From NCBI RefSeq assembly GCF_009914755.1, contig NC_060948.1: a stretch of 64,000 nucleotides of DNA, one strand, 5' to 3'. Positions 1 to 13,270 of the stretch are shown in pieces; the first letter of the stretch is position 1, and every line of letters starts with the position of its first letter. A model generated the notes under the pieces. The model was given only the letters and a program-made list of their open reading frames with translations, had not been told where the DNA came from and made no database searches. Made by a program: the position numbers and the translations under genes. The stretch is from the human T2T-CHM13v2.0 reference genome, Homo sapiens.

Positions 1-1227
1 GTTTGGAGAAAACCCATTAAAGTTTGAGGTTTTTCAGTATAAGATGGGGTATTATTTTTCCAATTTAGGAGATCAGCAGAGGTAAAGGGTTGATACAAAA
101 AGGCACACCTTTTTAATATATGCCCATCCTCATCTACCCCACTATGCTGCTGCTCCCACAGGGGCATTTGAATCTCAGCCTTAGGTCATAAGTGAGCTGC
201 CAAGGGTGCGGTTTATCCCATGGCTTCACATCCTCTCTTGTCTACTGTGGTGGCATAGGGGTGGGTGTGTGTCCTTCAGAGACACAGATGCTGTGGGCTC
301 GGGAGTAGGGAGTCTCTCTTCTCGGTAAGGTTGGGGTATCATCAGTGCCATTTCCTGCCATGAGTCTTCTGATATTGGGTCAGACAGAACTTTAGGAGCC
401 GACTTCCTTTGGCGGGTGGAGTGGGATCCTTCGTTGGCTATCTGTCCCATTGCCACTAGCACTGCTGCTGCTGCCTATCCTCTTAATCACTGTGCAGGGG
501 GGTCTAAAACCAGCTATAACCAAGTGTCTATGTATGGGAACTTATCTGGGTGCCCTGGTTTACAGATTACAATTCCTTTGAAACAAGGGACCTATCTAGG
601 CTTCCTTCTGATGGCCAACCCACTTCTAATGCTTGCCTGTCTATCTCACACAAAGTTCTAAGTTTCCCTGATGTCATAGTAACTCCATAGTCTCCTTTAA
701 ATCTCTTCTTGAAATTTTTCAACATAGTTCCTAGCAGGGTGGGCTTACTTTGTGTCTGATCCATTTTTCTCCCAAGAAAAGACAATACTCACACTGCAAG
801 AGGGAAAGGGTAAAAGTCACACACTCGTCTAATTCACACTAAATCAAGTAATTAAATCCAAGTCAAAATCAAAACCTAAACCAAAGTGCCAATAAAGGCA
901 TGCCATGGGTATCAGGCCATGCTTCCGCTTGGAGTAGGCAAGTTCCCAAGACCAGCCATACTATGTTCCAGATGTCCAGACTCCAAGTGCCAGTTCCTTC
1001 CTGGTGTACAGCCACTGCATCAATCCTTTATGGGTGCCTGCTGTGCACTGCTCTGGTGAGGCATTCCACTGGGGCAATTGCCTACCCAAGAGCGCTCTCA
1101 GGATCCACGTCGCTCAAGCTGGATGGAGCCCTCCACAAGGATGCTCCACAGGGCAGACCTAAGCCACCTAATGGGCTGCGTCAACCTTCTGCTAATCACC
1201 TTGCTTCCCAGTCAAGGAAGTGAAAAT
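1..1227 (-). mobile_element. HERV-E/Harlequin-family (ERV1) internal region: primer-binding site, leader and disrupted gag 5' end; continues off the left edge of the window
   Basis: Minus-strand ATG at 764 begins MDQTQSKPTLLGTMLKNFKKRFKGDYGVTMTSGKLRTLCEID...GWPSEGSLDRSLVSK, a gammaretrovirus-like matrix N-terminus. After a frameshift it reads GHPDKFPYIDTWL*LVLDP. Minus-strand TTCCTTGACTGGGAA at ~1205-1219 resembles the tRNA-Glu primer site TTCCCTGACCGGGAA. Confidence 0.8.
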
Positions 1228-1677
1228 TGTAGCAGGAGAAGCCATGGACAATACCCTTCAGACACCGGCTTAAAGAAGGAAGTGGCTTTATTTGGCTAGG
1301 AGCGTCAGCAGACTTGTGTCTCAAAAACCAGGCTCCCTGAGAGAGAGATTCCTGCTCCTTTTAAAGCTTACAAATCTAAGGGGTCCATGTGAAAGGGTTG
1401 TGATCAATTGATCAAGCATTGGTATGTGGCTGGGCTGCATGTATCAGTAATCAGGACAGAACAGAACAGAACAGAAACTTTGACAATTCTTCCTCATACA
1501 ATGTCTGGAATCTATGGATAATACAAGCTGTTAGGTCAGTGTTGACTTTTAAGTACCAGGCCTGGAGTGTGGTGCCAGCTTTCTGACTATTGATCTCATT
1601 TCTGCCTTTCTTTAGTTTTTACTTCCTCTTTCCTTTTCTGATTTATGAGACAATAAGAGAGGTGGCATCTTTCCTCA
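1228..1677 (-). mobile_element. LTR2-family 5' LTR of the HERV-E-like provirus
   Basis: On the minus strand it starts TGAGGAAAGATGCCACCTCTCTTATTGTC and ends TCCTGCTACA (TG...CA), has an internal AATAAA, and is followed directly by the primer site. It matches remembered LTR2 sequence (gaagtaaaaactaaa...ggcagaaatga). Confidence 0.75.
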
Positions 1678-4600
1678 CCACCTGAACACTGGGCCATGGT
1701 GTGGACTACTTGTACAATTAAGGAAATGCAGGGATGGAGTTGGAATCACCTTCTGTGTCACCTGTCTTCATTTCTCTTCCAGGTAAAGTTGTGGAACCCA
1801 ATCCACCCCTTACCAGGTTGTATCCTCACCACTATCTGACCTTATTGCTGCTCACACTCTATGTCCCAGGATGAAATACCAGGATGATGGAGTGCCCCCT
1901 CATGACTTGAAGCACCTGCTTGGCTGGGAACTGAATTCGAGGTAAGTTCAAGGGGCCCTGTGGACAGTACTGCTAGTGTCTGTCCTTGGGTTGGCTGCAA
2001 GACAATGAAACACTGGGAGATGTTTGTTTTTTGTTATGGCTTTTTATTTTTTTGCAGTATTAGGTGATTAGGATGCCAGAGGTTCTTGGACCCCCTCCCA
2101 ATTCACTGAGGATTTATGATCCACAGAAAAAAAAGAGAAAAGAAAAAAACATAGAACACTGCAGCCCAAGCAGAGTCACACATATAGGCTACCAGAATGT
2201 TAGGACACTCAAAACAATAAAGCCATGTAGTGTGTTAGCCACATTTCTTTAAGTAGACTCTACTTACAGGTGCACACATACATACACACCCCCACACACA
2301 CAAATGCCACAAAAACACATGCAGACATCCAAGAGTCACAACACTGTAACAGAAACACGCAACCCGGCAGATCCTGAAGCTGCGTGGTTCTGCAGGAAGT
2401 CCTACCTGAGAGAGAGCAACTCCAGTGAACACAGGTGGGTTGTACCTAGAAACAACAGTGGGGCAAGTTACAAAAAGACTTACCCCTTCAATGTCTAGGC
2501 AGGACTGACAAATCCTGCAGATACTTTTGGATCCTTAGGGATTTTGCAGTTTTATCTTGGGGCTCTGCTTGACTTTTTTTTTGGCTGGCTCAACTCTGCC
2601 ATCTCCTAAGTTCATCAGACTATCCACTGGAACCCACAGAAAAGAGAGGTGGCAGTCCACCACCGATAAACCTCCATGGAGTTCTCCTTCTCCACCCAGC
2701 CACAGGGACTTTTGGCTAAGCAATGGTGACATTCATTGTGACACCAGCCAGAGCTCACAATCAGGCATTGTGCCCTGAGACATGCTTATTCCCATTCATG
2801 AGGCAGGCTCAACTGCCTGGCTATCAGAGCTGTCAGCCTACCTATACAGAGAAAAATGGTAGAGGCAGAGACAGTCTGGTATCGGTAAAAAGGCTGCCTG
2901 CAAAAATCCACTGCAGGACCCTAAGAGTCTCAATCTCAAAGCACCTTCAGGCTGTCTCCGTGGTCAGGTCCCCCTGGAGGTGGATGTGCTTCGAGACCCT
3001 GAGGTGGTTCCTGGAAACTGCATTTCTCACTCTTTTCCCAAAAGAGGCTGTGTTCCAGAATCAGGTCCCATGAAGATTGGAATATAGTCTGCTGTATTTT
3101 TGAGGGTTCTTTGGGTGATAGAATCATATCTGAAACCCCAGACGTGGCTGTCTGTGAGAGATGGCCAGGCTCTTGACTTCACTGCCTCCCTTCATCGTTG
3201 GCCTTGCAGGAGCTCTCTGGGGAAGGCAGGAACCACAACTAAGGCAAGTCCAAAGTGGAGCAGTGTTCTCACATCTTGCACTGACCTCTCATGGGTATGG
3301 ATGAGGTTGAGACAGTGTCTCAGAGGCCATCTGTGGTGATGGCAAGCCTGAAAACTATGTCCAGTAATTCTATCGAGGGGCACTGTGGATTCCTGAAGAA
3401 AGCACGGAAAAATCCAAGGCTCAGCTGAGAGAACAAGCTGCCTTGTGCTGGAGTTGAAGCAGTGTTCAATGATTCCTGTCAGAGGATCCAACAGCCTCCT
3501 GCAAAGTGCAGACAACCTCAGCCCCCACAATGAGACAAGGACCTGAAACATGGAGTGCAGCCAGCCTACCCAAAGTCCCTTTTGCTCTTTGAAATCCCTG
3601 GCAGCAAAATAATCTGTGGCAAGAGGCAGTCCCATCCATCAACAGCCCAATGAAAGAGCCCCTCCACAATGAGAAGGGCTTGCAGAAGCGCCATCCCATC
3701 CAGCATCAATCCATACCATTTCCATTTGTCTCTGGACATGAAATCCCTGAAATCCAGAGTTTGCCAGCATAGCCCAAACCTACACTCCAAATGTTCCTTG
3801 AACGTTGGAGTACTCCCACTGAACACCGAGCCATGGTGTGGTCTGCTTGCGCAATTAAGTGAATGTGGGTATGGAGTTGGAAGCAACTTCTGTGTCATCT
3901 GCATTCATTTTTTGTGTGTGTGGGTGAAGTTCCATGACCCCATCCACCCCTAGCCAGATTTTATCCTCACCCCTGTCTGATCTTATTGCTGCTCACACTG
4001 TATGTCCCAGGATGACATCCCAAGATGATGGAGGAGTTCCCCCTCACAACTTGAAGCACCTGCTCAGCTGGGAAGAGAATTCTAGATAAATTCAAGGGGC
4101 CCTGCAGACAGGACTGGATAGTGTCTCTCTTGGGCTTGGCCACAGGAAAATGAAACATGGCGGGAGAGGTCTACTCTTGTGTGAAGAGGAGTGGCTTTTA
4201 TTGCAGGGGTAGGTGATTTGGACCCTGTCAGGTCACATCCGCCTCCCAATTCACTGAGGATTCTTTATCCACAAAAAAATAAAGAACACAGAGTCACACA
4301 GCCCAGGCAGAGCCACATAGATAGGCCACTAAAAGATTGGAAGACTCAAACAAAAGATGCATTACAGAGTGTTAGCCACATTCATTTAAGCAGACTCCAC
4401 TAACACACACACACTCACACACAAAGGCAAAGCCACACACATAAGCAGACATCCGACACTCACAACAATCCCACAGAATCACACAGCCAGACAGCTTCTG
4501 AGGCTGCATGGTTCTGCAGAAAGCCCCACCATGGAGAGAGCAACCATGGAGTACACAGGTGATCTGTTCCTCGAAATCACACTGGGGCAAGTTTCTAAAG

Positions 4601-7600
4601 GACTCACTCCTACAACGTCTAGGCAGGCCTGATGCATCCTGCAGATACACTTGGATCCTTAGGAATTTCACTGTTTATTCCTGGGGCTTTGCTTGACTTT
4701 TCTTCAGGTTGGCTCACGTCTGCCCTCTCCTAGGATCATGGGACTCTCCCGTGATCCCACAGAGAAAACAGCCAGAATCCACCACCTATGCACCTCCACG
4801 GAGGTCTCCTTCTCCACCAAGCCACAGGGACTTGCTGCTATGCAATGGTGGCATTCATTGTGATGCCAGACAGAGCTGACAGCTTAGGCCTGGTAGCCTG
4901 AGAAGAGCGCATGTGCATTCGGAAGGCAGGCACAGGTGCCCAAATATCAGATCTGTGAGCCTTCCTAAGCAGAGGAAAATGCTACAGGCAGAGCCAACCT
5001 GGTATCTGGAGAAAGGCTTTCTGTGATAACGCACTATGGGACCCTGTAAGTCTCAACCTTAGGGCTCCGTCGGGCCATTTTTGTGGCCTGGTCCAGCTGG
5101 AGGAGTTTCAAGACTGTGAGATGATTGCTGGATGCTGCTCTTCTGACTCCATTCCCAAAAGAGGCTGTGTGCAAGAATTGGTTCCTATGGGGTTTGGAAT
5201 ATAGTCTGGTGGGTTGTTCAGGGGTCTTTGGTTGACAGAATCATACCTGAAACCACAGAGGTATTGTCAGCGAAAGTTGGCCGGGCCGTTTACCTCACTT
5301 CCTCCCTTCACTCTGAACCTTGCAAGAGCTCTCTGGGAAAGGCAGGGACCATGGCAAAGGAAAGTCCAAGGTGGAGCAGTGTTCTCACACCTCTAAGTGG
5401 GCACTCACAGGTGCAGATGAGGTTGAGACAGTGTCTCAGAGTCCATTTGTTGCCATTGCAAGCCTGAAAAGCGTGTCCAGTAGTGTTGTTGAAAGTCACT
5501 GTGGACCCACAGTGAATGTGGACCCGCAGAGAATGAGCTGCCTTGTGCCATGCAGCTCTGCCATGCAGAGCAAAGAAAAATCAAAACTCACCTGAGAGAA
5601 TGAGCTGACTTGTGCTGGAGTCCAAGCTGGAGTCCAAGCAATGATCAAAGATTCCTGTCAGAGGACCCAAATCCTCTTGCAAAGTGCAAACAAATCCAGT
5701 CCCCACAAAGAGACCAGGACCCACACCCTGGAGTGCAGCCAGCCTACCCAACTTCCCTTTTGCTCCCTGAAATCCCTGGCAGCCAAGAGATCTGTGGAGA
5801 GAGGCAGTTGCATCCAGCCACAGTCCAATGAAATACTTCCTCCACAATGAGAAAGGACATGCAGACACAATGAAACACAGCTTAGATTACCAAACAAAAG
5901 CCAGGCATGCCTGCCTGCTTCTCATCCTACAGGAATCATGCAGCCCTCCAACAGAAGTGGGAGAAAAAGAGTTTCCTTTATGGCATCTGTAATGCTGATT
6001 TATGGTTTTAAATGTATCAAAGGAGCCCAGTCATTAAAATGTGACAGTGTTTAGAAGGAAACATGCAATGAATTCCAGTGAGGGTCATCCTCCATGAATG
6101 GGGAAATGTTTAGTGTGTAAGACCTTAGCCAGACCCAGGAAACCCTAGGCCAACAGGGATCATGGAAGACAGGAAAGGAAGAGGCAAGTGTGGAGGCTAC
6201 ATCCCACCCAGCGTCAATGCATCTCACTCCCATTTGGCTATGGGAATGAAAGCCCTCAAATCAGGAGTTTGCCAGGATGGCCCCAGTTTGCACACCAAAT
6301 GTTCCCTGCACGTTGGAGTACTCCCAGGTGAACACAGGGTCATGGTGCACACTGCTGGTGCAATTAAGGGAATGCAGAGATGCATTTGGAAGCACTGTCC
6401 ATGTCCTCTGTCTTCACCTTTTTTGCAGGTGAAGTTGCAGGACCCCGTCCACCCCTCACCAGATTGTATGCTCACCCCTATGTGAACTTATGGCTGCTCA
6501 CACTCTCTGTTTCAGAATGAAATCCCAAGACAATGGAGGAGTGTCCCCTAATGACATTAAGCACGTGCTTGGCTGGGAACCGAATTGGAGGTAAATTCAA
6601 GGGGTCCTGTGGACAAGACTGCTGGTGTCCCTCCCTGGGTTGGCCACAGGACAATGAAACACTGGGAGGCGTCAATTCCTGGGTATGACGTGCCCCTCTT
6701 CTTTCCAGAAGAGTACCTTTTTCTTTTTTGGCAGGGGAGGTAGTTTGGCCTCCGGCGGGTCTCAACCAGACTCTCAATTCACTGCAGATTCACGATCCAC
6801 AGAAGAATAAAGAACACAGAGACCCACAGTCCAAGCAGAGCCACAGACACACAGGCGACCAGAATGTTGAGTTACCGAAAAAAAAGAAGAGCTGCAATGT
6901 GTTAGCCACTCTACTATAAGCAGACTCCGCTTACAGACATGCATACCCACACATACACCTGCAAATACACAAAGCCACACAGTCAGGCAGACATCCAACA
7001 CTTGCAACACTCCAACAGAAACACAGCCCAGCAGCTCCTGAGGCTGAATGGCTCTTCAGGAAGCCCCACATGGGAGAGAGCAACCCCAGGGAACACAGGC
7101 GGGCTGTATCTAGTAATCACCGTGGGATAAGTTTCAAAAATACTCACCCTTACAATGTCTAATTAGGCCTGAGGCATCCTGTAGATCCTTATGGATCCTT
7201 AGGGATTTTGAAGTTCATTCCTGCGGCTCTGCTTGATGTTTCTTCAGGCTGACTCACATCTACCCACTCCTAGATTCATGGGACTGTCCTGTGGATCTCT
7301 GAGACAAGACAGGCAATATTCCATCGCCAACACACCTCCAGGGAGTTCTCCTTCTCTGTCAAGCCACAGGGACTTGTCACTAGGCAATGGTGGCATTCAC
7401 TGTGAAGCTAGCAATAGCTCCCTGCTCAGGACTGGTGCTTTGAGGCTATCACAGGCGCATTCATGAGGCAGGCTTGGGTGCCTGGCTGTCAAAACTGTCA
7501 GCCTGCCTAAGCAGACAAAAGTGGTACAGGCAGAGCTAGACTGGTATTGAGAAAAAGGCTGTCTGCAATAACCTACTGTGGGACCCTAAAAGTCTTGACC

Positions 7601-9040
7601 TTATTGACCCTCTGGGTCATCTCGCTGGTCAGGTCCCGGTGGAGGAGGAGGTATTTCGAGACTGTGAGGTGGTCGCTGGAGATGGCTCTTCTGTCTCCAC
7701 TCCTGAAAGAGTCTGTGTGCAAGAATCAGGTCCGACGGGGATTGGAATAGAGTCTGGTGAGTAGTTGAGGGTTCTTTATGTGATGGAATCATACCTAAGA
7801 CCTCAGAGAATAAAAATGGCTCATCACTTTACCTCACTGCCTCCCTTCATCCTTGGCCTCACAGGGCCTATCTGGGAAAGGCAGGAACCACGACATAGGC
7901 AAATGCAAGGTTGAGCAGTGTTCTCTCACCTTGATCTGGCCTCGCTTGTGGGCAGATGAGCTTGTGACAGTGTCTAAGAGGCCGTCTGTGGCGATGGCAA
8001 GCCTGAAAAAGGTGTCCAGTAAAGCTATTGATGGGCAATGTGGACACCCCAGGAAAGCAAAGAAAAATCAATGCTCACCTATGAGAATGGGCTGCTTTGT
8101 GCTGGAGTCCAAGCAATGTTCAATGATTCTTGTCAGAGCACCAAAAATCCTTCTGCAAAGTGCAAACATCCTCAGCCCCCAACACACAACCAGGACCCAC
8201 AACCTGGAGTTCAGCCAGTCTATCTGAAGTCCCGTTTCCTCTCTGAAATCCCTGGAAGCCAAAAGATCTGTGGCAAGAGGCAGTCCTATCCAGCAACAGC
8301 CCAACGAAGGAGCCCTGCGACAATGAGAAAGGATGTGCACATGAAATGAAACAGAGCCTAGATAACCAGGCAACAGTTAGACACTGTTGCCTACTTCTCA
8401 TCCTAAAGGAATCATGCCACCCTACAATACAAGTGGGAGATCAGTAGTTTCCCTGTTGGTGCTGTGTGGGAATTTACATTTTAAAACTATCAAGGCTGTC
8501 CAGCCATCTAAAACATGAGTGTTAAGAAGGAAACACTCATGCAATGAATTCCCACGAGGGTCATCCTTCTTGAACTGGGAAATGTTTTGTGTGGAAGATG
8601 GTGAACCAGACCAAGGAAAACCTAATTCAATGAGGAACACAAAGTCAGAAAATGAAGAGGCAAGCGTGGAGGCCACATCCCACCCACATCAATCCATCCC
8701 ACTCCCATTTGGCCCTGGGTATGAAAACCCTCAAAGTGCAAAGCCCCAGTTTGCACTCCATATGTTAATGGCAGGTTGGAGAATACCCACTTGAACACAG
8801 GGCCATGGTGTGGGCTGCTTGTGCAATCAACGGAATGTGGGGATGCAGGTGGATGCAACTTCTGTGTCATCTGTCTTCACCTTTTTTTCAGGTGCAGGTG
8901 TGGGACACAATCCACACCTCACCAGATTGTATCCTTTTCCTTATCGGACCTTATTGCTGCTCACACTCTCTGTCCCAGAATGAAATCCCAAGATGATGAA
9001 GCAGTGCCCCCTCATGACGTTAAGCACCTGCCTGGCTGGT
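1678..9040. repeat. Degenerate tandem array, just over 3 units of ~2.1-2.5 kb; Y-specific NORF (TTTY-type) repeat
   Basis: Landmarks recur: GCTGCTCACACT at ~1847, 3988, 6493, 8957; GGATCCTTAGG at ~2529, 4653, 7193; GAGCAGTGTTCTC at ~3258, 5374, 7913. Units are visibly diverged and lack a long ORF. This fits the ~2.5 kb NORF arrays known on the human Y. Confidence 0.8.
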
Positions 9041-9269
9041 CTGACATATTGATTAATCATACTTATAATTGTTTACATTCATTGTTAAACACAATGTTTC
9101 ATTTTTCTTCCTTATTCTCCACCATTTATTTTCTTCTCATATTAGTTACAGTTTGTAACTTATTTAGTTAAATATATACAATGAAGTAACACTGCAGTAT
9201 TGCAGAAAACATACTGCACTGGAAACAGATTCATATTGAAACAGGAAAATGTTCCTTATCCCCCATTAC

Positions 9270-9480
9270 TGGGCAAGAAATGAGAACAGGTTTTGGGGCT
9301 CCGACCCCAGGCAGCATCCAGGGGTGAATTTTTACAGCTCCTGAATCCCCATTGGGCATATGTTACATGGTGTTAATTTAGTTTATCCTAGGTCAGTGAG
9401 CATCGTCCTGTTGGTGGAGCCCTAGCCAAGAACCACACCCTCCTCTACCAGACACGTCCCTGCCCCCCTTCCATATCAAT
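9270..9480. mobile_element. Possible ERV1 LTR fragment
   Basis: GC-richer island (ggctccgacccc...ggggtgaatttttacagctcctgaatcccc) in AT-rich DNA, reminiscent of ERV1 LTRs. Subfamily not determined. Confidence 0.3.
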
Positions 9481-10679
9481 ATTTTTTAAATTTAAAACTC
9501 CAAAAATAGTACCCAAATCCTTTAGAGAAGACAATTGGAGAAGACAGCATTAGAAGAACCAGTCTAGGATTAGGGTCACTACATAGAAAATGGAAACACA
9601 GAGAGCATGTCCTGAAGGCCGTGGAATCACTGTGGAAACATATCTCTTACTGAGAAGGAAAGGGAAACAAACTGGCTTCTCTCATCTTGTTCTCTAATCT
9701 CTGCAGTGTCACCCATTAACTGAACTAAAATAGAAAGTCAATTTTATGTGAGCCTAGGAACCGTGCCTCTCAGGGGCCAGGCCTCTCTATAACAGAATAG
9801 TGCCAGGGAGAGGTGAGTGATGTTATCTGTGGGCATACAAACCCAGGACCTCAAACAAAGGAGTATCAGAGAGAAATATAGTATGAAGAGATTAAGAGTG
9901 AAGTAGTATCAGGAACAATTCATGCATGATATTTGTGAAAAGACCAAAAAATAAAACAGAGCTTATGAAGTAGTAGACATAATAAGAACATAAAGAAAAG
10001 CAGGCAAAATTGTAAAGTCCAGGGTATTTAACTTTCCTTTATAGGATTTTGAAAATCCCTTCCAGAATCGTTTTCCCAATAGCTTCCTTTCATGGATTCA
10101 TTCAAGAAATATTTAGTGAGCTAGTATGGTCTAAGAATTGGTCAGATGGCCTCATATGCATTGTTAGTACTTCTTTCATTGACAAAAAGAATGTTTCTTT
10201 TTTTCTACAATGTTTTTCTTCCAAACATTCTTCATGCAAATTCGAATCCTTACTGATCCAATCAATTGTTCCTGCCCTCAGAATGTTCCCCAAACCGCTG
10301 CAAACCCCGTTAAGAACTTCATTCCTCTCCAAGTTACTAAATTGTGTCTATTTTAACACTTGTCAGAGTACATTACAATTATTGCTGCTCTCTTTATTCT
10401 CCAATTAAACTATGACTATTTTGAAGGAAATATCTATAAACACAATAGCTTGTCATTTGTCAATACTTATTGTACGAAAGGTTATTAGATATTAACATAT
10501 AATATTCTAATATAATTATCCTAATTTTTGGAAAACAATACAAACAATGTTCACTGCCAATTCCCCATGAACTGCTCAACTTTAAACAATGTCTATGCTT
10601 TGGAGCAATTATACAAACTTCCAAAGAACACCTGAAAGTGTTTTTATTTTGACTTTGTTTTGTTATATTGAATTATTAT

Positions 10680-10932
10680 GTAGAAACAAAGTCTTGCCCC
10701 ATGGCCCAGGCTGAAATGCAGTGTGCAATCACAGCTCACTGGAACCTTGAACTCCTGAGTAAATAGAAAAACAGGTGTGTGCCATTATGCCCAATTTAAT
10801 TAATTAATTAATTAGTTACCTTTGTAGAGATTGGTCTTGCTATGTTGCCTGTGCTAGTCTCCAACTCTGGGTTTGAAGCAATTCTCCCTTCTCAGCCTCC
10901 CAAAGAGCTGTGATTCCAGGCATGAACCACCA
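10680..10932 (-). mobile_element. Old Alu (AluJ-like), internally deleted
   Basis: Antisense Alu motifs cccaggctgaaatgcagtg, tgtagagattggtcttgctatgttgcc, ctcagcctcccaaagagctgtgattccaggcatgaaccacc. Confidence 0.8.
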
Positions 10933-11206
10933 GATCTCAAAGAGGAAATTTTAAATTTTAGAATATTGCAATATGTTAGACTCCATTTCTTCTTTCAATT
11001 TTGCATTTGCAGTGGCACTTAAGAAGAATTATTTCTTATGGTGAGAGTGTGATTTCTCATATTTGGTCAACAAATTTTGAAATCTTTGTTTACTTAAACC
11101 CTAATAACTGGTAGTCAAGTCAGCTGAAAGTCAAGTACATGTCAAATACATGGGTGTTTTTGTGTTGAGGTTTTGAAGGCAAATGTAGAGAGATATTAAG
11201 AACCAA

Positions 11207-11210
<4 letters not shown>

Positions 11211-11258
<48 letters not shown>
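11211..11258. repeat. (TA)n microsatellite
   Basis: About 24 perfect TA units. Confidence 0.95.
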
Positions 11259-11261
<3 letters not shown>

Positions 11262-13173
11262 TAAAGTTGCATCCTTGCAGGTGAGGCATCATACACGGCA
11301 AGGATAGTTTTATACAATACCATGAAATACATAATTTAGTAACCAATTCAGCACTTGAAATTTCCCAACTTTGTTTTCACCAGGAGTTAATGATGTATGG
11401 CACTTCTAGTAAGTAAATTAATGTTTGAACTGCTGTTATTTAAGTCATTGCTCAGCTAATCATTTATCAAAGATTTTTACTTGTGCAATATCATAAATGC
11501 TGGACATTAAAAATTAATCACTAGGGTTTATGTATCTAAGAGCTACCATCTAATGTGATATTCTTCACTAAGTTGACAACAATAATTATGCAGAAAAATA
11601 GTCATTCCCATAGTGTGAGCCATTACAGCAATTTCCACCGGAGGATTTCACAGTCAGAGTCCAGATCTGGGCAACAGTGATTAATATAAAGGTTTTTTAT
11701 GAGAAGAGATTTTGATATATCTAGCTGTCTTTAGATGTCAGTGCCTTGAATAGACGGGTTTGCTATTAATAAGAAAGGGTGCATTGGACTGGATACTAAG
11801 AAACATACTGAATTGTTTTTCTTGTTCTCTATAACATGAAAGCTCAACCAGAGATATAGAAACAATGGAAAATTTCACAGCATGGCCTGACATTTCACAG
11901 CACTTTTATTTTTTTTTAGCCATGTACAAATTCTTTAAATATACAAAGGTAGGACTGTTACAGGAAAAAAGTGTTGGCGTGAGAAGTCACAATCCACAGC
12001 AAAGTTAGTGTCTTGTGGATGGCACCTTGAGTGATGAATTAGAGTGAGAATCAACTTTCAGGCTGCCAACAGGGGACAAAGAGAATGAAGTTATCATCAG
12101 TTAACATTATTGGATCAATTAAAGTGAATGTTGACAGAGATTTTGTTGGTTTTACATCAAATTGAGTATAGTACTTCAAATTGATTATTTGATAAAGATA
12201 AACTCTTACCAAATTTCCCACATGTAAAATTGAGGATTAAAATATTACACAACCCACACATTATGGGTATCTCATATAAATTTATATACACATGTGCAAA
12301 CTTGCAGTGTGCTAATATTTGTCTATATCTAAATATATCCAAATCCACTGATGAACAGTTAGAAATTTAGAAATTATTCTCCCATTTTACCATTCCCTTT
12401 CTTAGAATTTTGTCACAAATATAATTTTTCCATCTATTTGAAGGCTACTCTCTGGAGTCATGTAATGTATGGTTACAGTAAAGCCATGCATGAGCTATCA
12501 CAGGGTTTCTATCAGAGAAATCAATAAAACTGGTGTTATAAAAGATCCACTGTGAGGAGAAATTTATACTTCACATGACTACAAATACAGAAGTGTTATT
12601 TCATTGAAAGCTGGTATCAGTCAATACAATTTGTTTTTAAAGTTTTATTTAAAATACTTAATCTCAAAAGGATTATTCGAGTAGAATAATGTTATTGGTA
12701 ATAAATAATGATTAAGAATTTCCTTTCCTTTGTTGATTATTTAAAATGCAAGTAAAATACTAAAAAGTACTGTATAGTGTAGTTTCACCATGCATTCTCC
12801 GTGGTTTTTGTAAAATTAATGGCCTCAATGGAATTTTTTGACACAGAGAAATTTCCTTATATCATTTTATTAGTGTACTTTCACTTTATTACTTGCTTGC
12901 ACATCATAACTGATGGAAATAAAAATATTTTTATTTACACATATACAAAGCATGGAATTGTATGTTTTCTAGTGAGAAAAAGTCACCAATAATTTTATCT
13001 GTATAGGAACATTTTGATATGCCCAAAGTTCTTAACTTTCTTTTCTTTAGAAGTTTCATATTTCAGTCTAGGTATGAGATGGAATTGACTGACTGTGATC
13101 ATTGTTTTTATTTCACTATGACTACTGAGTTTCTGACACAGTGATACTAATGTATAGACTTAAAAGCTTGCCG

Positions 13174-13270
13174 CTTCCTCCTCCTCCTCCTTCTTCTTCT
13201 ACTTCTTCTTCCTCTTCTTCTTCTTCTTCACCTCCTCCTCCTCCTCTTCCTCCTCATCCTCCTCCTCCCC
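13174..13270. repeat. (CTC/TTC)n polypyrimidine simple repeat
   Basis: Mixed CCT/CTT triplet run read directly. Confidence 0.9.

Noticed and set aside
2064-9171. Many 60-147 aa ORFs in the tandem array
   Set aside because: Frames are not preserved between repeat units, consistent with a non-coding array.
10049-10408. Overlapping 119 aa (+) and 76 aa (-) ORFs
   Set aside because: Non-ATG starts, no recognisable homology and no convincing splice context.
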